64,000 nucleotides of DNA from an uncultured Bacteroidota bacterium (GTDB lineage: Bacteria; Bacteroidota; Ignavibacteria; UBA10030; UBA6906): contig CAVOYH010000004.1 of assembly GCA_963700635.1 (NCBI GenBank), positions 157,760-221,759 of the forward strand, in the 5' to 3' direction. A program made the position numbers and the translations under genes. How positions within the stretch are numbered: the first letter of the stretch is position 1; every line of letters begins with the position of its first letter. This document shows, one piece after another, positions 19,950 through 27,486 of the stretch. The notes under the pieces were generated by a model. That model did not search any database, was not told the origin of the DNA, and saw nothing but the letters and a program-made list of their open reading frames with translations.

Positions 19950-20165
19950 AGTCTTCTCTTACTCCGGTACCCTCTCCGGGAGATCGTCCGGCTACGGACG
20001 GCGAGAGGTGATTTTTCACGCGGGATCGTTGCCTGCAGGTGGACTGCCCGACAACAATCAGAAGCGTGTACTTCGTGAGAGCAATGATGGGTCTGAGCAT
20101 TACCGTGGTGTGTCGTTCAGCGGGGTTCGGGTGCGTTGATTCATTTTCTCTACGTTCATGCCGTT

Positions 20166-20819
20166 TTACGGTACGTGTGTAGTGTCCTGCGCATCAACCG
20201 GCACCGGAGTACTCTTTCCTTTTTCCGACCGGTGCTGGAGGTACTTGATGATTATAGGGAGAATAGACAAAAACACGACAACAATGATCACGTATTCGAT
20301 ATGCCGTTCGATGCCCGGGATCACACGCCCGAGAAAGTACCCTGTGAGCGTCATGCTCGTCACCCACCCGATTCCGCCCGTGATATTAAAGAGAGCGAAC
20401 CGGCGATACTTCATCTCTGCCACTCCCGCCACAACAGGCGCGAATGTACGGGCGAAGGGCATAAAACGGGCGATCACAATTGTGATGCCGCCGTATTTAT
20501 CGTAGAATGCCCTGGTCTTGATGAGGTGATCGCGACGGAACCAGCGGGATTGGGGGCGGCTGTAGAGGGTATGACCAGCTTTGAGTCCGATGTAGTAGCC
20601 CGTGGCATCACCCGCAATAGCCGCGAAGATCAGGAGAACATTGAGGAGCACGATATCCATCTGACCACGCGCGGCAAAAAGTCCCGCGGTGACAAGGAGT
20701 GAGTCGCCAGGCAGAAAGAACCCGATCAACAGTCCGGTCTCGGCAAAGATGATTGCAAAAAGGCCGATGTAACCTCCCCAGATAACAATCTCTTCAAGCG
20801 TCGGCAGTTGTTCGAGCAC
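20166..20819 (-). CDS. DedA-family membrane protein
   Basis: 217 aa. AETGLLIGFFLPGDSLLVTAGLFAA and FIARFMPFARTFAPVVAG blocks. GTG start. Confidence 0.85.
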   Translation of the reverse strand: MLEQLPTLEEIVIWGGYIGLFAIIFAETGLLIGFFLPGDSLLVTAGLFAARGQMDIVLLNVLLIFAAIAGDATGYYIGLKAGHTLYSRPQSRWFRRDHLIKTRAFYDKYGGITIVIARFMPFARTFAPVVAGVAEMKYRRFALFNITGGIGWVTSMTLTGYFLGRVIPGIERHIEYVIIVVVFLSILPIIIKYLQHRSEKGKSTPVPVDAQDTTHVP

Positions 20820-21061
20820 ACGTCCTCGGGTTTTTGGCTATTGGGACAAGATACAACCTTTGGTGAAAAGACACAACGTCAAAGTAGCCCGCTTGCGTGT
20901 CGATGAGCACCATCGTATCTTCTCTGACGGGGGTTCTCCCCGCAGTTTGTGTTCGTACAAATCTTCCGAGTCTGGGGAACATGCCGGCGCGGGCGTTATG
21001 GGCTGTGTTCTGCCGGACGGATATTCACTCTGTACTGGAAACGTGTTATGATACGATCCCT

Positions 21062-23293
21062 ATGACTACCCCGGGACATACAACAGTGCTGAGCAGGCCT
21101 GTACAGTTTGTCAAGGGGGTGGGGCCGAAAAAGGGTCAAGCCCTGAGTGTGGTCGGCATCACCTCAGTCGGGGACCTCCTGATGTACGTGCCGCGGCGGT
21201 ACCTCGACCGCACCACGGTTGCGACAATTGCACAGGTTCGGGGGATGACACAGCCGGACAATGCCTTGCCGGACACAGATGTCCGGCGTGAAGCGACTGT
21301 TCTGGGAGACGTTCGTTCCTTCCGGGTCCTCGGAGCCGGGCGCAGGGCCCGCTTTGTCCTGGTCCTCGGCGATGCCACGGGCTCTCTGCAGTGCGTCTGG
21401 TTTGGAGCCGTACACTACTGGAAGTCACGTTTCAAGATCGGCGACAGTCTCGCGGTGTCGGGGCAGCCCTCCCTTTTCGGCGCGGTGCTGCAGATGGTCC
21501 ATCCCGATGTGGATTGGATTGAAGGTCGCGCGGGGGAGGAACGCGACGGGACCACAGAAGGTGGCCTTGTACACGGTGACGGGCTTATCCCGCTGTATGC
21601 AAGCACACAGGAGCTGGCGCGGGTGGGACTCGACAGCGGAGGATTCCGGCGGCTGCTTGCGCATGTGATCCGTGAAGTTCTGGAAACCGTTGTGGATCCG
21701 CTTCCCGAAAGCCTTTTACACAAACATCGTCTGCTCCCGTTACGCGATGCCCTTCGTACTGTACACTTTCCCAAGACGGGCACCGACATTGCAGAGGCGT
21801 TGCGCCGGCTCAAGTACCAGGAGCTGTTTGAATTTCAGCTGAAGCTGGCTCTCCAGCGGAACCGGGCCAAACAGGAATCCAGAGGGATCACCTTTGCTGT
21901 GCAAAGCAAGCTGGCCCGTCAGTTTGTGGACGGTCTCCCCTTTGTGCTGACTTCTGCGCAGGTGAAAGTGGTACGGGAAATTCTGGACGATATGGGATCC
22001 CCGCAACCGATGCACCGGCTTCTCCAGGGCGACGTCGGAAGTGGCAAGACCGTGGTTGCGCTCACGGCAATGCTGATCGCTGTGGAAAATGGTTATCAAG
22101 CGGCGTTTGTAGCCCCGACTGAAATTCTAGCGGAGCAGCATTTCCGGACAATGCGGGCGCTCCTCGGGGCTCTTCCCGTACACCATCGGCTTCTTGTGGG
22201 AGCACAACGGTCGGCCCTGCGTCGTGATGTTCTCGAAGATATCCGTTCCGGTGCCGCCCAGATTGTTGTCGGCACACATGCGGTATTCGAAGAGGATGTT
22301 GTGTTTGCGCGTCTGGGGTTGGCCGTGATTGATGAGCAGCACCGGTTTGGAGTGTTGCAGCGTGCGCGTATCCGCAAGAAGGGGGAGCATCCGGATGTGC
22401 TGATCATGACCGCGACGCCGATTCCCCGGACACTCTCGCTGACACTGTACGGGGATCTGGATGTGTCCGTCATCGAAGCGCTTCCGGAGGGCCGCCGTCC
22501 GATCCGTACCCTTCTGAAGTATGATGATGAGAAGGAAAGCGTCTATCAGTTTGTGCGGGAGCAGGTGTCGGCTGGCCGTCAGGCCTATTTTGTCTACCCC
22601 CTGGTTGAGGAATCCGAGGTGCTGGACCTTAAGGCGGCCACCGTGCACGTTGAGCAGCTGCAACGGGACGTCTTTCCGGCATTACGGCTGGGACTCCTGC
22701 ACGGTCGGCTCAGCGCCGAGGAAAAAGACGGCGTCATGCAGCGGTTTGTAAGCCGGTCCCTGGATATCCTTGTGGCGACCACGGTGATAGAGGTGGGGAT
22801 TGACGTGGCGAATGCAACCGTCATGGTCATCGAAAATGCCGAGCGGTTTGGTTTGTCGCAGTTGCATCAGCTCCGCGGCCGGGTGGGACGCGGGAGCGAC
22901 CAGTCGTATTGTATCCTCATGACGCAGCGCTGGATTGCCCGCCGTGCGGCACGGGTCCGGGCGGCGGGAGATGATCAGGCAGCGCTTGAACAGTATCGTG
23001 CAGCGGAGCGACGGCTCGCGACCATGGTACGTACGACGGACGGATTTGAGATTGCGGAGGCTGATCTCGAGTTGAGGGGGCCCGGTGACTACTTCGGGAC
23101 CCGACAGAGCGGCATCCCGGAGTTTCGCGTGGCGAATCCGGTGCTCGACGTCGCGCTCCTCTCGTCAGCGCGTGATGATGCCTTCGCGATCGTCGCCGAC
23201 GATCCATCTCTCCGTCATGAGGCGCATCGACTCCTCGCAGAGCATCTCCGCTCCCGGTTCGAGAAGGAGACGACGCTGATACAAACTGGATGA
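21062..23293 (+). CDS. recG: ATP-dependent DNA helicase RecG
   Basis: Wedge-domain N-terminus PVQFVKGVGPKKGQAL..DLLMYVPRRY, helicase motifs GDVGSGKT and DEQHRFG, and a C-terminal TRG-type region. The start is placed at ATG 21062; the tracked ORF from 20897 adds 55 non-homologous residues. Confidence 0.9.
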   Translation: MTTPGHTTVLSRPVQFVKGVGPKKGQALSVVGITSVGDLLMYVPRRYLDRTTVATIAQVRGMTQPDNALPDTDVRREATVLGDVRSFRVLGAGRRARFVLVLGDATGSLQCVWFGAVHYWKSRFKIGDSLAVSGQPSLFGAVLQMVHPDVDWIEGRAGEERDGTTEGGLVHGDGLIPLYASTQELARVGLDSGGFRRLLAHVIREVLETVVDPLPESLLHKHRLLPLRDALRTVHFPKTGTDIAEALRRLKYQELFEFQLKLALQRNRAKQESRGITFAVQSKLARQFVDGLPFVLTSAQVKVVREILDDMGSPQPMHRLLQGDVGSGKTVVALTAMLIAVENGYQAAFVAPTEILAEQHFRTMRALLGALPVHHRLLVGAQRSALRRDVLEDIRSGAAQIVVGTHAVFEEDVVFARLGLAVIDEQHRFGVLQRARIRKKGEHPDVLIMTATPIPRTLSLTLYGDLDVSVIEALPEGRRPIRTLLKYDDEKESVYQFVREQVSAGRQAYFVYPLVEESEVLDLKAATVHVEQLQRDVFPALRLGLLHGRLSAEEKDGVMQRFVSRSLDILVATTVIEVGIDVANATVMVIENAERFGLSQLHQLRGRVGRGSDQSYCILMTQRWIARRAARVRAAGDDQAALEQYRAAERRLATMVRTTDGFEIAEADLELRGPGDYFGTRQSGIPEFRVANPVLDVALLSSARDDAFAIVADDPSLRHEAHRLLAEHLRSRFEKETTLIQTG

Positions 23294-23309
23294 AAAGTTC
23301 ACTTTTTTC

Positions 23310-23337
23310 TTGACACAGATGCAGAATTGCTTATATT
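23310..23337 (+). promoter_or_regulatory. Near-consensus promoter TTGACA-N16-TATATT for the ATP-grasp/GNAT/kamA operon
   Basis: -35 at 23310-23315 and -10 at 23332-23337, 17 nt after the recG stop and about 75 nt before the GTG start at 23413. Confidence 0.45.
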
Positions 23338-23412
23338 AACCTGCAAGACAATTGAGTTTCACTACACGGACTGTTTCTGGTACCTCCTCATACAGCGCTT
23401 CCATCGACTGCG

Positions 23413-24531
23413 GTGACGATCGCATTGACCTACAACGTCAAGATGGAAGCAGGTTCTCTCCCTTCGACAACTCCCGATCAGGCAGCAGGCCCTTCATCCG
23501 ACGCCGCTCTCGTTTTGTCCGTGGCGCATGCCGAACGCAAACACGATCTGTACGCCGAGTGGGATACACTGGACACCATTCACGCGGTGCGCGACGCGCT
23601 TGCGGAACGGTTCACCGTTGAATTGGTTGAGGCCAATGCCGATGCCTTCGAACGTTTGCGAACCATGCGACCGACTTTTGTGTTCAATATTGCGGAAGGT
23701 CTTGTGGGCGTATCACGCGAGGCGCAGCTTCCGGCAATGTTGGAATTGTTGCAGATCCCGTATCTCGGTTCTGATCCGCTGACGCTGGCGCTGTGTCTGG
23801 ACAAGGGACGGACCAAGGAGGTGCTTGCGCATCATGGAGTACGCACGGCACCCTTTGTGATGATTTCGTCGATGGAGGAACTGGACGATGCCCGTGTGCG
23901 CTTCCCGCTGATTGTAAAACCGCTTCATGAAGGATCGAGCAAAGGGATTTACAATTCGTGCGTTGCGCGCAACAGTGAAGAACTCGAAAGGGAAGTGAAG
24001 ACGATTCTCGAGACGTACGATGAACCAGTGCTTGTGGAGGAATTTCTTGCGGGAAGGGAGTTTACCGTTGCCGTGCTCGGGAACGGGAACCAGCTCACGG
24101 TTCTCCCCATAGTGGAGATCTCATTTTCAGCGTTACCCGAGGGGATGAATCCCATTTACTCCTATGAAGCGAAATGGATCTGGGACAAGGCGGAGAACCC
24201 GCTTGAGATTTTTTCCTGTCCGGCACACCTTCAGGAATCACTTGCCGAAGAGATCCGTGCGCTGTGTACGCGCACGTACCGGGTATTACGGTGCCGTGAT
24301 TGGTCGCGGATAGACGTCCGTCTTGACGGAGAGGGGCGTCCGCATATTTTAGAAGTAAATCCGTTGCCGGGTATACTTCCCCGGCCGGAAGACAATTCCT
24401 GTTTTCCGAAGGCAGCGCGGGCGGCGGGTATGACGTACGCGCAGTTGATAAATAGAGTGCTTGACATTGCGATGGCGCGCTGCGGTATCGTGGTCAGGGA
24501 ACAACAAATCATGCACGACCAGATACAATAA
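23413..24531 (+). CDS. ATP-grasp ligase, D-Ala-D-Ala-ligase-like (paralogue 1)
   Basis: 372 aa, GTG start. ATP-grasp blocks FPLIVKPLHEGSSKGI, EEFLAGREFTVAVLG, and CRDWSRIDVRLDGEGRPHILEVNPLPG. Lacks the Ddl N-terminal GGxSxEhxVS motif. Confidence 0.8.
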   Translation: MTIALTYNVKMEAGSLPSTTPDQAAGPSSDAALVLSVAHAERKHDLYAEWDTLDTIHAVRDALAERFTVELVEANADAFERLRTMRPTFVFNIAEGLVGVSREAQLPAMLELLQIPYLGSDPLTLALCLDKGRTKEVLAHHGVRTAPFVMISSMEELDDARVRFPLIVKPLHEGSSKGIYNSCVARNSEELEREVKTILETYDEPVLVEEFLAGREFTVAVLGNGNQLTVLPIVEISFSALPEGMNPIYSYEAKWIWDKAENPLEIFSCPAHLQESLAEEIRALCTRTYRVLRCRDWSRIDVRLDGEGRPHILEVNPLPGILPRPEDNSCFPKAARAAGMTYAQLINRVLDIAMARCGIVVREQQIMHDQIQ

Positions 24532-24541
24532 CGGATATCTC

Positions 24542-25663
24542 ATGGGAAAAAAATTACGAATTTCTATTCTTTTTAACGAACCAGCGGTCAGCGATGAAAA
24601 TCTGCAAAAACTCGTCACAGAGAACGGGCAGATCAGAAGCGATCCGGATGCTCTATTAAAGAAGCTCGCGGCGGAAAGAACACCACGTTCCCGAAAACCG
24701 CCTCCTTCTGTCGATCTGTCTGAACTTGGCGTTATCGAGGAAATGGAAGATATCAAGATCGCCCTCGATTCCCTCGGATACAAAACCTCCATTACGAACG
24801 TCAACAGTGATGTGTACAGACTGATTGACTACCTCAGGGAAGAACGACCGGATATTATCTTCAATCTGGTGGAATGTGTCGAAAACGAATCCCTGCAGGA
24901 AATGAATGTGGCGGGACTGTACGACCTCCTGAAGATTCCGTATACCGGAGCAGGACCTCTTGCACTGGGTACGGCCCTCAACAAACCGCGCGTGAAGGAA
25001 ATTCTGACCTATCACGGCATCCGCACGCCCGACTACCAGGTCTTCCGCGCCCAGGATCGTATCGTGCTCAAAGAAGGGCTCACGTTTCCGCTGATCGTAA
25101 AACCATCACATGAAGATGGCAGCGTGGGAATTTCCGATCTGTCGATCGTCAACAACCTCAGCGAGCTCCGCAAACGTGTTCGGTTTATTCATGCAGAGTT
25201 TGAACAACCCGCCCTGGTGGAGCAGTACATCCTCGGCCGTGAGATGAACGTCGCCATCCTCGGCTCGTTACGTCCGCAGGTCCTCCCGATCTCCGAAATT
25301 GATTTCTCCGGGCTGCCCGCGGATATGCACAAGATTGTCAGTTATGAGGCAAAGTGGATGCACGGCACTGCCGCCTATGAAGGAACTCGCGGTGTCTGTC
25401 CGGCCAAGCTGACTGCGCGCCAGGAGGGGGAGATGAAACGCACTGCGCTCACCTGCTTCCAGTTGATCGGGTGCAGGGACTATGCCCGCATCGATTTCCG
25501 CCTGACTCCTGAAGGAGTGCCGTACGTGCTGGAAGTCAACCCGAACCCGGATATTTCCGATGACGCAGGCTTCGCACGATCAGCCCGCGGTGCGGGGTAT
25601 TCATTCCCTGAGGCAATAGGGAAAATCGTAGAATCGGCGGTCGAACGATGGCAGTCGAGGTAG
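24542..25663 (+). CDS. ATP-grasp ligase, D-Ala-D-Ala-ligase-like (paralogue 2)
   Basis: Start placed at ATG 24542 (MGKKLRISILFNEP), 10 nt after the upstream stop. Collinear with paralogue 1: FPLIVKPSHEDGSVGI, EQYILGREMNVAILG, CRDYARIDFRLTPEGVPYVLEVNPNPD. Confidence 0.8.
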   Translation: MGKKLRISILFNEPAVSDENLQKLVTENGQIRSDPDALLKKLAAERTPRSRKPPPSVDLSELGVIEEMEDIKIALDSLGYKTSITNVNSDVYRLIDYLREERPDIIFNLVECVENESLQEMNVAGLYDLLKIPYTGAGPLALGTALNKPRVKEILTYHGIRTPDYQVFRAQDRIVLKEGLTFPLIVKPSHEDGSVGISDLSIVNNLSELRKRVRFIHAEFEQPALVEQYILGREMNVAILGSLRPQVLPISEIDFSGLPADMHKIVSYEAKWMHGTAAYEGTRGVCPAKLTARQEGEMKRTALTCFQLIGCRDYARIDFRLTPEGVPYVLEVNPNPDISDDAGFARSARGAGYSFPEAIGKIVESAVERWQSR

Positions 25664-26157
25664 TCACGGGAACCATACGGGCGCTCCGGCCGGCAGACCG
25701 TGAACCATTACATCGTCTGCTCGAACAAACCGGTGTCTTCACAGACGACGAGATCGGGATCGCCCTCGAACTGATCGATACGGTCCTGCAAAAACCGGAG
25801 CAGAAGGACTATGAGATCGCCGTGTACGATGATGGCTCAGGCCCTCTCGGGTATACGTGTATTGGTCCAACACCCGGAACGGACGGGACGTACGATCTGT
25901 ACTGGATAGCCGTTGCTCCCGCCCTGCACGGACGGGGTATCGGACGTGAACTCGATGCGCATGTCGGATCCACGGTGCGCGCGCGTCACGGACGCTTGAT
26001 TGTCGCGGAGACCTCATCCACCCCGCGATACAACACAACACGGATGTTTTATCAGCGCTGTGGCTACACTGAGCTTGCCCGCATCCCCGGATACTACCGG
26101 CAGGGCGACGATCTTGTAGTCTACGGCAAGTATCTTGTCTCACAAGTAGGAGCGTGA
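25648..26157 (+). CDS. GNAT-family N-acetyltransferase
   Basis: 169 aa. Acetyl-CoA loop WIAVAPALHGRGIGREL, and a C-terminal YQRCGYTELARI block. Overlaps the upstream ligase by 16 nt. Confidence 0.75.
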   Translation: MAVEVVTGTIRALRPADREPLHRLLEQTGVFTDDEIGIALELIDTVLQKPEQKDYEIAVYDDGSGPLGYTCIGPTPGTDGTYDLYWIAVAPALHGRGIGRELDAHVGSTVRARHGRLIVAETSSTPRYNTTRMFYQRCGYTELARIPGYYRQGDDLVVYGKYLVSQVGA

Positions 26158-26166
26158 CAGTCACGC

Positions 26167-27312
26167 ATGGAACTCTGGCAGGAAATGCTTAGGCAGAGTG
26201 TAGATAGCTCCAAAGACCTGGTTGAACGTTTTGGCTTTAATGAGGAACTCTCCGAGAAACTCAACCGGCTGTTTCATATCCGGATCAACCCGTACTATCT
26301 CAGCCTGATCCGGTACCCGGGAGATCCCATCTGGCTCCAGTGTATCCCGGATGCCAAGGAACTGGAAGAAGATGGTCTTCCGGAAGATCCTCTCGCAGAG
26401 GACTCACACAGTCCTGTGCCAAGCATCGTACACCGATATCCGGACCGGGTGCTCTTCCTCACGACGAGCCAGTGTTCGATGTACTGTCGGTTCTGCACAC
26501 GCAAGCGGAAAGTCGGCGATTCGAGCAAAATCAACATGAAGTTTATTCAGGGCGGTATCGATTACATCGCTGCGCATCCCGAAGTGCGTGATGTGATCAT
26601 GTCCGGCGGTGACCCGCTGATGCTTACGGACTTCATGCTGGAAAAAATTATCTCGGGTCTGCGCGCGATTCCCCATGTCGAGATTATCCGCCTGGGCACA
26701 AAAATGCCCTGCGTGCTCCCGCAGCGGATCACTCCCAAACTCGTGAAGATGCTCAAGAAGTATCATCCGATCTATATCAATACGCACTTTAACCATCCAT
26801 GGGAATGTACCACGGAAGCCAAACGGTCCTGCGAGCTTATCGCGGATGCCGGCATTCCCCTGGGTAACCAGGCCGTCCTGATGAAGGGTGTGAACGACGA
26901 TCCGGATGTGATGCTCGAACTTATGCGCAAATTGCTCACCATGCGCGTGCGGCCGTACTATCTCTATCAGGCCGATATTACCAAGGGGGCGAATCACTTC
27001 CGTGCTCCGGTCAGCGTCGGACTCGACATCATGGATAAGCTCCGGGGTCATACCTCAGGTCTGGCCATTCCGCATTTTGTGATCGACGCGCCAGGCGGTG
27101 GGGGCAAAATCCCGCTTCTGCCGCAATACGTCCTGGGCAGGAACGGAAATCAGATCATCATGCGCAACTATAAATACGACATCTTTACCTACCCGGACGT
27201 CGAGGAAGACCCAAAAATTCCGACTCCGACAGTCGAGCGCCGGTTCACCCGGAAGAAAAAAGGCCCGCGCCGGCTTATGCGCCGGATGAGGCAGGGGTGT
27301 AGGGGGGGGTGA
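26167..27312 (+). CDS. kamA: Lysine 2,3-aminomutase (KamA-family radical SAM enzyme)
   Basis: 381 aa. CSMYCRFCTRKRKVG radical-SAM cluster motif, VIMSGGDPLML, and YYLYQADITKGANHFR. Basic C-terminal tail that ends in a G8 run directly before the stop. Confidence 0.9.
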   Translation: MELWQEMLRQSVDSSKDLVERFGFNEELSEKLNRLFHIRINPYYLSLIRYPGDPIWLQCIPDAKELEEDGLPEDPLAEDSHSPVPSIVHRYPDRVLFLTTSQCSMYCRFCTRKRKVGDSSKINMKFIQGGIDYIAAHPEVRDVIMSGGDPLMLTDFMLEKIISGLRAIPHVEIIRLGTKMPCVLPQRITPKLVKMLKKYHPIYINTHFNHPWECTTEAKRSCELIADAGIPLGNQAVLMKGVNDDPDVMLELMRKLLTMRVRPYYLYQADITKGANHFRAPVSVGLDIMDKLRGHTSGLAIPHFVIDAPGGGGKIPLLPQYVLGRNGNQIIMRNYKYDIFTYPDVEEDPKIPTPTVERRFTRKKKGPRRLMRRMRQGCRGG

Positions 27313-27366
27313 CGTAGCCGGGAAGATCTGCCGGCAAGGCTGATCGATACGGTGATGCTGGATAAG

Positions 27367-27415
27367 AAACCGCCGGGTGGCGAGAGACACTACCCGGCGG
27401 TTTTTTTCTTTTTTT
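27367..27415 (+). terminator. Rho-independent terminator of the kamA operon
   Basis: Stem aaaccgccgggt (27367-27378) pairs with acccggcggttt (27392-27403), 9 G/C-rich bp. Followed by tttttttctttttt. Confidence 0.78.
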
Positions 27416-27451
27416 CCCGAATCCACCGCACGGCTTCAGGACCCAAGCCAG

Positions 27452-27480
27452 TTGCCTCCGTATCCGGCTTTCCGTAGATT
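27452..27480 (+). promoter_or_regulatory. Candidate promoter TTGCCT-N17-TAGATT directly in front of dnaG
   Basis: The -10 ends at 27480, and the dnaG ATG is at 27487. This predicts a leaderless or near-leaderless transcript. Confidence 0.3.
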
Positions 27481-27486
27481 ATCCCT

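Noticed and set aside
19950-20165. Glycine-riboswitch-like GGAGAG/ACCGGAG strings upstream of the NSS transporter.
   Set aside because: Only short fragments match. The conserved CACCG..GGGGCAA-type core and the tandem aptamer architecture are absent. It is kept only as a generic structured-leader observation.
20897-21061. Upstream extensions of tracked ORFs: recG from 20897, the second ATP-grasp gene from 24461, DUF3108 from 30317, Omp85 from 36816, the dehydrogenase to 42645, and SxtJ from 47824.
   Set aside because: The extensions overlap the preceding gene or an intergenic promoter region, and they lack homology-like sequence. Internal starts give typical N-termini (signal peptides or conserved first motifs) and sensible gene spacing.
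20820-21061. Small RNA gene (SRP RNA, 6S or similar) in the larger intergenic gaps: 19950-20165, 20820-21061 and 62921-63156.
   Set aside because: There is no GGAAGCAGC-type SRP core and no extended imperfect duplex typical of 6S. The gaps are adequately explained as divergent promoter regions. I cannot exclude novel sRNAs without expression data.
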